A stretch of DNA of 64,000 nt, from IMG/VR virus record IMGVR_UViG_3300031419_000007, one strand, 5' to 3'. The position numbers and the translations under genes are program-made. This DNA comes from a virus (Duplodnaviria > Heunggongvirae > Uroviricota > Caudoviricetes). Under the pieces are notes generated by a model. The model worked only from the letters and a program-made list of their open reading frames with translations. It was not told where the DNA came from and ran no database searches. This document shows, in pieces, positions 44,496 through 54,000 of this stretch (its first letter is position 1; every line of letters begins with the position of its first letter).

Positions 44496-46405
44496 AGTGG
44501 TTTAAGCCTTTTCGAAAAGTCCACCAGTATCGCTTCACGGATCACCATCTTGTTCTGCAGGGCTTGATAGACCTGTTCTTCCGCCTCACACTCCGCTAAG
44601 AGGATGAAATAGTCCACTTCTCGGGTCTGTCCGATACGGTGCGAACGGTCTTGCTGCTGAAGGAACACTTCCAGCGAGTAGTTCAGCGAGTAAAACACGT
44701 GCGTATACACACGGGTTGAGAATTCCGGCAGCACCTCATCGATACCTTCAAGGGCCTCCGGGTCTTTGCCGAGTACGGTGATCCCGTAGTTCACGGCTTT
44801 GGCCTGACAGATCATCACGGTCACGTTCGGATCATTGTTGAACCGACGGACAATCTCACCGGTGTCCTTGGTGCCGCCGCGGACCGACAGGTGGCTTATT
44901 CCGCGAGAGTCCATGAACCGGGTGATGAGCTCGTGCTCTGCCTGGCAGTTGTACCACAGAATAAACTTGCGGCCGGCGAGTTGGTTATCCAGAAGGTTGC
45001 CCAACTGGTTCATCTTCGGTTGATCCTCGAAGAAGTAGGTCTTGCGGGGTGATTCTGTTTTCTCGCCGCCGAACAGGATATCCAGGTAGTCGTCCTCTTG
45101 CTCCTTGTAATACAGGAAGCCGTTGGCGATCTGCTGCACCTTGGAGAGCATGCCCAGGCCGTTTTCAACCGAGACAACTTCGCCATTCGGTAAAGTGTAG
45201 ACGTAGTTGCTGACAAGTCCAGAATACATGGCTTTCTGAATGTCCGACATCTCGAAGCGAATCGGGTGGAAGTTCTTCGCCGGCAACTGCAGCCAATCTT
45301 CTTTACGCATGACGATCGAACAAGACTCGAGAATCTCTCGGATTTCCTGCACGTTCTTCTTGCTGACCCCGATTGTCACCGAGAACGACTTGCCCCGTGG
45401 CTTGATCTTGATGCCGTAGTGCTGGTCGAACTTCCCGTACGCCATGCCGGTCAGGGCGGGTTGCAGGAAACGGATCGGGGCAAAGGCGTCCAGGGCCGTG
45501 TTGTTGATGAGCGTTCCCGACATGATCACACGGTAAGGCACGACGGAGGCGAGCTTCAGCAAGTCCCGGGTGCGGGCCGAGTTGTGTGTCTTGATCAGGG
45601 CTTCATCCAGGGCCACGAAGTCGAACTTGAACTTATCCGTCAGGTAATCCACACCGGTCGGGATTCGGTGGGCTGCCATGTCGGCATCGATGGTCGCCTT
45701 GTTGTAGTTGATCACGATGATGTCAGCTTCAGCCGCCGCCGCCAGGTCCGCTTCACGCTTCTCTGGGATGGTCAGCACTTCACGTTCCGCCGTCTTCACG
45801 TTAGAACGGGCACGCTTCCACTTGTCGGAGCCTTCTTCCAGCTGCTCCATGATCTTCTCCCACTTCTCGACACGCTGCTTGGCCGAGACCAGCGAGCGGT
45901 TCCAGTTGGTGGAAGCCAGGACGTGGATCTTCAAGTCGGGACGGTGCGTGGCCACTTCATCGATCCACACGTGACGGAGCGCCACCGGACAGACGATCAG
46001 GCTCTTCGAGAACTTCATCAAGGCGATGTAATCGAGAATGACTTTGGTTTTCCCCAAGCCCGGGTCAAGCAGTAACCCGCCGCCGCCCCGCGTGTAGAGG
46101 AAACGAAGGGCAATCTCTTGATGCTCCAACGGCGACGTGTGATACTCGAAATGTGGCGGGAGAGGCAACAGGACCGACTCCTGACGGAGCAGATCGACGA
46201 TGTCTTTCTCTTTGGTGGTGATCGAGGTCTTGAGACTCTTCTTCAAACGACCCACGATATTCTGTAAAATAGAAGGGAATGCCGGCGCCCACCGTTCGCC
46301 GCGTACCTTATACAGTGCAGGGAATACCGTAAGTATGGTATCCTCAGCCGTCGTCTCAGGAATGAACCGAACGTTCTTCCTGTCCGGAGTGAAAGTTAAT
46401 TGCAT
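44489..46405 (-). CDS. SNF2-family helicase/ATPase
   Basis: LLLDPGLGKT, VALDEA, IMSGT, YGI, QQQDRSHRIGQ. Confidence 0.9.
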   Translation of the reverse strand: MQLTFTPDRKNVRFIPETTAEDTILTVFPALYKVRGERWAPAFPSILQNIVGRLKKSLKTSITTKEKDIVDLLRQESVLLPLPPHFEYHTSPLEHQEIALRFLYTRGGGGLLLDPGLGKTKVILDYIALMKFSKSLIVCPVALRHVWIDEVATHRPDLKIHVLASTNWNRSLVSAKQRVEKWEKIMEQLEEGSDKWKRARSNVKTAEREVLTIPEKREADLAAAAEADIIVINYNKATIDADMAAHRIPTGVDYLTDKFKFDFVALDEALIKTHNSARTRDLLKLASVVPYRVIMSGTLINNTALDAFAPIRFLQPALTGMAYGKFDQHYGIKIKPRGKSFSVTIGVSKKNVQEIREILESCSIVMRKEDWLQLPAKNFHPIRFEMSDIQKAMYSGLVSNYVYTLPNGEVVSVENGLGMLSKVQQIANGFLYYKEQEDDYLDILFGGEKTESPRKTYFFEDQPKMNQLGNLLDNQLAGRKFILWYNCQAEHELITRFMDSRGISHLSVRGGTKDTGEIVRRFNNDPNVTVMICQAKAVNYGITVLGKDPEALEGIDEVLPEFSTRVYTHVFYSLNYSLEVFLQQQDRSHRIGQTREVDYFILLAECEAEEQVYQALQNKMVIREAILVDFSKRLKPLV

Positions 46406-46454
46406 GCTCCACCTGTGGTTAAACTATGAGTACCTAGCGCGAGGATAACATTAC

Positions 46455-47387
46455 ATGGCTACAACTCAATCGAAATTAAAGCAGGTCCGCTACTACACGC
46501 AGCTGGATCCGTACTACGTCGATGTTGACAACCGTCCGTTAAAGGACATCATGGACAACATGGGCATTCTAGCAGATCAGCTGGATATCACCAAGGGGTC
46601 TTTCAACCGTGGTTCCCTGGCCGCAGCGGCAATCGGCATCCAGTTTGCGACTGACCAAGCGTTCGTGGGCAACCTGTACTTCCCAGGCGGACTGAATCTG
46701 AGTGTGCTGTTTGGCTATCTGATCCAGACCATCCCGTACGATATCGACAACCCGTACTTCCGCGTGCCAACCATGGCCATCCACGACGCGCCAACCAATC
46801 TGGTTAACGTTGCGGCACCGACCACTGCAGGCAAGAACATCAAGTACCTGCTGCAGGGCTACATGGAAGAAGCGACGGCGTCATCAATCGTTCCGGGCGT
46901 TGACTCGTTGACCAAAGTGGCACGTTTCGCCCTGAAGTCGAGCGGTGAGTACGACAACACGGCGGCCGAACCTATCATGTACCCCGATACCGGGAACACG
47001 GCGGTTCTGAGCTTCGTGATCAAGTACGGTCAGACGTCACTGACTAAAAATGACATCCAGGAAATCCACTGGGTTGACCAGTCGAACATCTCGGATCTGG
47101 TTACCGGCCAGTCGAAGACCAAGCTGGAAAATGCCCGCTTCATCAAGTACCGTGCGTCACAGACGGTCGTGAAGGGCTCGAAGATTGTTGACCTGTCGAA
47201 GAATACTGACATCGATCTGTCCTACGGGAAAGACTCGCTGGACGTGTTCGTGTCCGGTGTGCACCAGACGAACTACTCAATCGATACAGTGAACCATACT
47301 GTTATCCTGGGTGGGGAGCTGGCGTATGATACGGAAGTAACCGTGGTGCAAACCCGTGTTTACACCCTCGGCAACATCACAATTTAA
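46455..47387 (+). CDS. Probable virion/tail structural protein
   Basis: 310 aa; RYYTQLDPYYVDVDNRPL N-terminus and LDVFVSGVHQ..Y.I...TVIL C-terminal beta module typical of phage tail proteins. Confidence 0.5.
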   Translation: MATTQSKLKQVRYYTQLDPYYVDVDNRPLKDIMDNMGILADQLDITKGSFNRGSLAAAAIGIQFATDQAFVGNLYFPGGLNLSVLFGYLIQTIPYDIDNPYFRVPTMAIHDAPTNLVNVAAPTTAGKNIKYLLQGYMEEATASSIVPGVDSLTKVARFALKSSGEYDNTAAEPIMYPDTGNTAVLSFVIKYGQTSLTKNDIQEIHWVDQSNISDLVTGQSKTKLENARFIKYRASQTVVKGSKIVDLSKNTDIDLSYGKDSLDVFVSGVHQTNYSIDTVNHTVILGGELAYDTEVTVVQTRVYTLGNITI

Positions 47388-47661
47388 GCAGTTCATCCAT
47401 GGTCGTCTCGCATTTCTGGATCAACTCCACGATTTGCTTGGCGACCAAATCCCTCCTGCCCTTATCCGTTTCTTTTCTTACTGTAGAAACCATACCTGCC
47501 AGAGTATTCACGTTCGTTTCCAACACCTTCATCGGAAAGCAGAGGATGTTGCGATCATTCACGTGGTGAGCCACTTGCTGATACTTCGCCCAGAACAAAC
47601 GCAGGCAGTTATCCTTTGAATTCGGATCCCGTGCGTCTTTCACAATTTGCATGTAATCCAT
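47377..47661 (-). CDS. Hypothetical protein
   Basis: 94-aa ORF. Confidence 0.55.
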   Translation of the reverse strand: MDYMQIVKDARDPNSKDNCLRLFWAKYQQVAHHVNDRNILCFPMKVLETNVNTLAGMVSTVRKETDKGRRDLVAKQIVELIQKCETTMDELLKL

Positions 47662-47730
47662 GTTTGACCCTATTGTAAAGTAAAAAAGGCCGAAGCCTTT
47701 GGGGATGTCCCGCCGGAGCGGGACTACCAG

Positions 47731-47973
47731 TTACTGCTGGTGGGGTGTGACGCGTAATACAGCGACAGTACGAGGGGAGGAGACCAGCTCACTGTTTCCC
47801 TCAAGAGTACGGCCGCGGAAAGCGTCGTTCTCTCGCTTTTTGCCGTACGCCTGTAATGCCAGGGTAGTGCTGATACCGACCGCGACGCCTACACCCACCG
47901 CTACAGCCAATTTTACACTTTCATCGCTCTGCTTGAACTTGCCCAGGAGGCCATTCTTTTTTACGTCTTCCAT
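47731..47973 (-). CDS. Single-pass membrane protein, K(F/Y)KQ-TM family
   Basis: LLGKFKQ followed by LAVAVGVGVAVGISTTLAL. Confidence 0.7.
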   Translation of the reverse strand: MEDVKKNGLLGKFKQSDESVKLAVAVGVGVAVGISTTLALQAYGKKRENDAFRGRTLEGNSELVSSPRTVAVLRVTPHQQ

Positions 47974-48018
47974 CTGAATTTCCTTAAGGGGTCTTAGCTA
48001 TTGACCCCTCCTTAATGA

Positions 48019-48486
48019 TTACTTGTTAAGGCCCAGACCCTGACGGATTGCATCCTGCTTGGCTGGAGTTACTGGAGTACCGATAGCCTGAACGCCCAGA
48101 ATGTTCTGGTCTTCAATGGCTTTGCGGCCCTGATACATTTCGTAGCCTTTGTAAGAGGCATAGCCAACGCCGGCAACCACAGCAGTAGCTGCAGTAGCGA
48201 TGATGACTTTCTTACCGGTAGATGCCTGTTTGAATTTACCCAGGGCACCGGCTTTGATCTGCTCAGCTTGCTCGACAGCAGCCTGCAGATTTTCTTCTGC
48301 GTTCTGCTTAGCCGAGGAGCCTTCGATCTTGTTCAGACGGCCATCGAAGTCTGCAACGGTGCGAGCCATCACATCCTGCTTCTGCAGCACTTCAGTTTGA
48401 CCCTGCAGAATCTTCTCCATCATTTCTGCCATGTTGTCAGCAGTAACGGTTTCTTTGTTGGTAGTTTTAGCAGCATTGGTAGACAT
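48019..48486 (-). CDS. Coiled-coil plus single-pass membrane protein, K(F/Y)KQ-TM family
   Basis: ALGKFKQ followed by VIIATAATAVVAGVGYASY. Confidence 0.75.
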   Translation of the reverse strand: MSTNAAKTTNKETVTADNMAEMMEKILQGQTEVLQKQDVMARTVADFDGRLNKIEGSSAKQNAEENLQAAVEQAEQIKAGALGKFKQASTGKKVIIATAATAVVAGVGYASYKGYEMYQGRKAIEDQNILGVQAIGTPVTPAKQDAIRQGLGLNK

Positions 48487-48523
48487 AAGGAAACTCCTGA
48501 TAATGAAAGTGATTGTATGTTTT

Positions 48524-48542
48524 GTTACACGATACTTATACC
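48524..48542 (-). promoter_or_regulatory. Putative phage promoter GGTATAAG-N4-GTGTAAC
   Basis: gttacac gata cttatacc; a second CTTATACC at 48601..48608. Confidence 0.7.
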
Positions 48543-48615
48543 GTTACGCTTCTAACTTATTGATAGACAAACGTATTGCGGTTATTCTGTATACAAGATA
48601 CTTATACCATACCGA

Positions 48616-48831
48616 TTATTCGATATTGGATTTACGCTCTTTTGCCACGTGAGTGGTCAGGGCCAGGATAGCTGAGGTGTTGATCATGATAGCCTGGTTG
48701 TGAAGATCCAGGGTCTTCTGCTGCTGGCGGATGATGTACGCACCGGCGACGACGCCGACAGCAGACCCAACGACCATACCTACCATCATGCCTTTACCGG
48801 CAGCCTGCTTGTAGTTCTTTAAGACGCTCAT
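48616..48831 (-). CDS. Single-pass membrane protein, K(F/Y)KQ-TM family
   Basis: VLKNYKQ followed by MMVGMVVGSAVGVVAGAYII. Confidence 0.7.
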   Translation of the reverse strand: MSVLKNYKQAAGKGMMVGMVVGSAVGVVAGAYIIRQQQKTLDLHNQAIMINTSAILALTTHVAKERKSNIE

Positions 48832-48833
48832 GG

Positions 48834-48998
48834 TTACTTCCCCGCGTCATCGATGAGATAGGAGACTTTACGTTCCAGCTCTTCGATACGCTTGTTGTGG
48901 TAGACGATAGCGCCTACGGTGAATGCACTCGCTGCAATTAAACCTACCGTTACGGCGGTAGATCGTTTAGACTGTTTGTACTTCTGTAAGACGGCCAT
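48834..48998 (-). CDS. 54-aa single-pass membrane protein, K(F/Y)KQ-TM family (not in the ORF track)
   Basis: MAVLQKYKQSKRSTAVTVGLIAASAFTVGAIVYHNKRIEELERKVSYLIDDAGK; RBS AGGAG. Confidence 0.7.
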   Translation of the reverse strand: MAVLQKYKQSKRSTAVTVGLIAASAFTVGAIVYHNKRIEELERKVSYLIDDAGK

Positions 48999-49014
48999 AA
49001 TATTCTCCTGTTTC

Positions 49015-49033
49015 GTTACACCCTTCTTATACC
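49015..49033 (-). promoter_or_regulatory. Putative phage promoter GGTATAAG-N4-GTGTAAC
   Basis: gttacac cctt cttatacc, 17 nt before the start at 48998. Confidence 0.7.
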
Positions 49034-49096
49034 ATGGTGGATTATGATAGTGGAATCCGCTAAAATCCCTTTAGTCTAATTAACGAGGAAAACCAT

Positions 49097-50827
49097 ATGT
49101 CAGGATTGTTCGGATTGAACCCTACGCCTAGCGGCATGGCTGATAGCTACGAAGTAGGGCAGCTGCCGAGCCCGTTCTTCACGCAGGCGAATCAGTTCAT
49201 CCCACGAAGCTTCCACGATATCATCAAGTGGTCGCGCTACATCACGACTCAGTCACCTACCACGACCGAGGTGATTCGTAAGCTGTCATCTTATCCGATC
49301 ACGGACTTCATCATGGATTCCGATCAAGAGCTGACGGTCGATACGTACAAGAAGATCTTCAAGTCTGTGAAGTTCAAGGAAAAGCTGTGTGATTTTGGCT
49401 TTGACTATTACACGCTGGGTAACGTCTACGTGTCGATTTACTTCCCGATCGACCGCCATCTGCACTGCCCGAACTGCAAGTCGAGCTACGAAGTGCGTGC
49501 AGCGATGCGTTCAGGCTTTGCGGTCTTCAAGAAGTGGACATTCCAAGGCGAATGCCCGAACTGCTCGAACCAAGTGACTTACAAGGTCGTTGACACCAAA
49601 TCCCGTGACATCAACCGTATCAACCTGGTGAAGTGGAAAGCAGAGCACGTCTCGCTGAACCACAACCCGGTAACCGGCGAATCGGAGTTCTACTACACCA
49701 TCCCAGGTGACGTGAAACGCAAGATCATGATGGGTGACGCTCTGTTCCTGTCGACGGTGCCGTGGTCAATGGTTGAAGCTGTACGCTACAACAAGGACTA
49801 CATGTTTGACCCGAGCAACATCTACCACATGAAATCCATCTCGATGGGCAACATGGTTGATGGCCTGGGTATTCCACCGCTGATCTCCCACTTCGGTCTG
49901 GTGTTCTACCAGCAGATGCTGCGTAAAGCGAACGAAGCCGTGGCGGCTGAACACATGGTTCCTCTGCGTGTGCTGTTCCCACAGCAATCTTCTGCAGCGG
50001 CTGACCCGGTGGCATCCATGTCCCTGCGTGGCTTTGCGAAAAACATGCGTAACACCATGCGTAAGATGAAGTCGGATCCGAACCACATTCTGATTTCTCC
50101 AGTGCAGGTTGGTTACCAACAGCTCGGCGGCCAAGGTCGTTCACTGCTGGTTTCCCAAGAGCTGCAGTACGCTGAAGAACAACAGCTGATGTCCATGGGC
50201 GTGTCCCGTGAGCTGCTGTCCGGTACCACCAACTGGACGTCATCAACCGTCGGTCTGCGTCTGCTGGAAAACACCATGGGTAACTACGTTGGCCAGATCA
50301 GCGAAGTCATCAACTGGGTTATGGAAAAGATCGCTCAGTACCTGTCGATTGAGATCACCGACGTCAAGCTCGTGCCGTTTAAACTTACGGATAACGAGGC
50401 TCTCAAAGCGACCATGCTGGACATGTGGAAGTCGAAGATCCTCTCTGCGTCTACCCTGCTGGAAACCTTCGGCATGGACTACAACGAAGAGCTCGACAAG
50501 ATGGGTCGTGACCAAGTGTCCGTCGCCGAGAAGGAAATCGAGATCAAGGACCTGGTTGATAAAGCCATGTACCAGAAATCGAAAGGCCTCAGCAGCGATA
50601 AAGATTCATCTGGCTTTGCAGATAACCGCACCGAAGCGTACAATATCGCGAAGAAGATTCTGGCAGCCAAGTCTCCAGAAGAACAACGTGATATTCTGAT
50701 GGATCTGCAGCATACCGATCCAACTCTGTACCAGACGGTAATGGGCGTACTGAATGATATGCCTAACCCGGGCGGCCAAGAACCAGGAGAGCAAAATGAG
50801 CAAGCACAACCCGCTGGAAACCAGTAA
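49097..50827 (+). CDS. Probable portal protein with an inserted zinc ribbon
   Basis: 576 aa; ..EVIRKLSSYPI.. and DYYTLGNVYV portal-like segments; two CPNC motifs; first gene of a plus-strand block. Confidence 0.5.
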   Translation: MSGLFGLNPTPSGMADSYEVGQLPSPFFTQANQFIPRSFHDIIKWSRYITTQSPTTTEVIRKLSSYPITDFIMDSDQELTVDTYKKIFKSVKFKEKLCDFGFDYYTLGNVYVSIYFPIDRHLHCPNCKSSYEVRAAMRSGFAVFKKWTFQGECPNCSNQVTYKVVDTKSRDINRINLVKWKAEHVSLNHNPVTGESEFYYTIPGDVKRKIMMGDALFLSTVPWSMVEAVRYNKDYMFDPSNIYHMKSISMGNMVDGLGIPPLISHFGLVFYQQMLRKANEAVAAEHMVPLRVLFPQQSSAAADPVASMSLRGFAKNMRNTMRKMKSDPNHILISPVQVGYQQLGGQGRSLLVSQELQYAEEQQLMSMGVSRELLSGTTNWTSSTVGLRLLENTMGNYVGQISEVINWVMEKIAQYLSIEITDVKLVPFKLTDNEALKATMLDMWKSKILSASTLLETFGMDYNEELDKMGRDQVSVAEKEIEIKDLVDKAMYQKSKGLSSDKDSSGFADNRTEAYNIAKKILAAKSPEEQRDILMDLQHTDPTLYQTVMGVLNDMPNPGGQEPGEQNEQAQPAGNQ

Positions 50828-51077
50828 CAGCGGACAAAGCATGCCGGGGATGACCCCGGCTTTAGAAGACGTCGGGTTCAACCCTGAAGAATATGTCTAC
50901 CGCGTCGGTCACTTCACGATCGGCGGGGAAGATGATGACACCATCCAGATGGAAACGCTGCTGACCCGCAGCCTGTCTGGAGACGTCGTTGTTATCGAAC
51001 GCAAAGACTCAATCTCAGGCACCACCGGCGTCTACACCTGTGTGGTAATTTATATGGAGAAGCGACTGCATGCCTAA
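50796..51077 (+). CDS. Small hypothetical protein coupled between the portal and RNAP genes
   Basis: 93 aa from ATG 50796, RBS GGAGAG. Confidence 0.65.
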   Translation: MSKHNPLETSNSGQSMPGMTPALEDVGFNPEEYVYRVGHFTIGGEDDDTIQMETLLTRSLSGDVVVIERKDSISGTTGVYTCVVIYMEKRLHA

Positions 51078-54000
51078 GTCAGCCAGTGATTTGATCCCGA
51101 TTTTCTCATCGCCAAAGTCCATCAATGATGCGACTGACCACGCGATGCTGGACGGGATCGTTAAGCAGTTCCCAATCGAAACCGGGAAGTACACCCTCTC
51201 GGTTGTCGACCCGTACGTGGACAAGAAAGAATACACCACGGCCGACGAAAAGGACGCTATCCTCAAGTCACGCTCGCTGACCTACCCAATCCGCGGTACG
51301 CTGCTGCTGCACGACCGTGCGACCGGTAAGCTGGTGGACCGTGTGCAGAACTTCGCTTTAGCGGACACTTTCCACGTGACCAACAAGCACACGCTGCTGT
51401 ACAAAGGGAACAACTACTCGGTTGCGAACTTAATGCAGCTGCGTCCGGGCGTCTACACCCGCCGCACCAACAACGGTGAGCTTGAGACCAACATCAACAC
51501 CGGTAAGGGTGCAACGTTCTCGCTCGGTCTGGATTCCAAGACCATGCTGATCTACTTCTCGAAGATCAACGGCAAGACGCTGAACATCCCGATCGCCCCG
51601 CTGCTGACCAAAGGCTTCGGCCTGAGTGCTTCAGAAATCACCAAGTTTGTCCCACAGGACGTTTGGCAGGCGAACCTGAAGTTGACGCAGGGTAAGGAAG
51701 ACACGGCACTGAACCAGCTGTACAAGCGTCTGGTGGACCGTCGTGAGCAATCGAAGAGCGTCTCAACGGAAGAGATGGGTGTTGCACTGAAGAAGCGTCT
51801 GGGTGAAATGACCCTGGACAAGGAAACGACCGAAGTGACCCTGGGTAAATCCTTCGGTGGCATCGAGCCGGAAACCCTGCTGCGTGCCATGCACAACATC
51901 GTTCAGGTGTACTCGAAGAAGCGCCCTGAGGATAACCGTGACTCCCTGCAGTTCAAACGTGTACAGAACCTGCCAGACTTTATCGGTCGTCGTTTCGAAG
52001 AGAACAAGACGCACCAGACGGTCGGCAAAGCGTTTGACCGTATCAAGTACAACATGAGCCGCTTGAAGGAAGACGCTCCGTCACTGCGTGAAGTGATTCC
52101 GTCGAAGCCGTTCAACAAGATCTACACCGATTTCGTCATCGGTTCTCAGCTGTCGTCAACGCCGGATGAGACCAACCCAATCGAGTCGATCGAGAACGTC
52201 GGTAAAGTTACGCTGATCGCCAAAGGTGAAGGCGGGATGTCCTCTGAGCGTCAGGCCACCAGCGAGTCACGTAACGTGCACCCGTCAAACCTGGGGATCA
52301 TTGACCCGAGCCGTACCCCCGAGTCATCCTCTGCCGGCCTGGACCAGCGTTTCACCATTTCTGCCCGTCGCGACAAGGAAGGCGGCATGTATGCCCGTGC
52401 CCTCGATGCGAAAACCGGCAAGATGGTCTACTTGTCCGCCAACGAGCTGATGACCAAAGTGGTCGGGTTCCCAGACGGCATCAAGAGCGGCAAACCTCAA
52501 GTTCAAGCCCAGGTAAAGGGCGAGTTCAAGAGCGTGCCCCGCAGCGAAGTCGAGTACTGGATCCCGTCGGGCACCGACATGTACACCATCACGACTAACC
52601 TCGTGCCGTTCCTGAACGCCAACCACCCAGGTCGTCTGACCATGGCCGGTAAGGCAATCCCTCAGGCACTGTCACTGGTACACCGTGAAGCACCGCTGGT
52701 GCAAACCTTGGCGGACAACGGCCAGACCTTCGTGAAGCAAATCGGTCAGATCGTATCTACCGTGGCACCAGCGGCGGGTACCGTCGTGAAAGCTGAGCCG
52801 AACAGCATCACCATCAAGACCGAAGAAGGCAAGCAACACGTGGTCGACTTCGTGAAGAACCTGCCGTTCAACATGAAAGGTTTCCACGATGACGAAGCTC
52901 ACGGCCTGCAGGTCGGTGATCAAGTCAAAGCCGGACAGGTCCTGTCGGACAACAACTACACCAAGAACGGTGAGTTCGCGATTGGTAAAAACCTGGAAAC
53001 GGCCTACATGCCGTACAAAGGGTTCAACCACGAAGATGGTATCGTTGTGTCCCGCTCTGCGTGTGCCAAGCTGACTTCGAACCACGCTTACAAAGTCGAA
53101 TACTCGATGAGTAAGGAAACCGTGGCCGACCTCGGCAAGTACAAATCGGCCTTCGCCGGCAAGTTCACCGCTGACCAGTTGAACAAGCTGGACAACCGTG
53201 GCTTCGCTAAGCCTGGGGTGACGCTGCATTACGGTGATCCGGTTTACGCCGTCCTCGAGACCCGTACGCTGACCGAGACCGACATGGTCCTGGGCCGTCT
53301 GCACAAGACACTGGTGAACCCGTACCGTTCTGCCGCTGAGATTTGGGACCACGATGAGCCCGGTGTTGTTACCGATTGCTCAACCGACGGCTCGAAGATC
53401 CGCATCATGCTGCGTTCTGAACGCCAGCTGGAAGTCGGTGACAAGGTGACCGGTCTGCACGGTAACAAAGGTGTGGTTTCTGCCATCCTGGAAGATGACG
53501 AGATGCCGCATGCTAAGACGACCGGCAAGCCACTCGACCTGATTCTGAACCCGGCGTCCGTGACTTCACGTATCAACCTGGGCCAGGTCTTTGAAGCTGC
53601 AGCGGGCAAGATCGCTCAGAAAGACGGCCAACCGTACAAGACCAAAGTGTACGATGAAGGCAACGTCGTGAAGAACATGATGGACAAGCTGAAAGAAAAA
53701 GGCTTGAGCGACACCGATACCGTCTACGATCCGAAGACTGGTCACGTCTACGGCGACCGCGTCCTGACCGGCCCGCAGTACATCCTGAAGCTGAACAAGA
53801 CAACGGATGCCAACTACTCAGCCCGTTCAGTTGGCGGTTACGACAACAACGCCCAGCCGACCAAGGGTGGTGACGATGGTGCGAAGTCTGTGGGTTACAT
53901 GGAGTTCCTGGGCCTGCTCGGCTCAAACGCCCGTGCCAACCTGAAAGAGATCGGAACAGTCAAATCGGAAGGTGGTGATCATGCGGATACTCACGACTAC

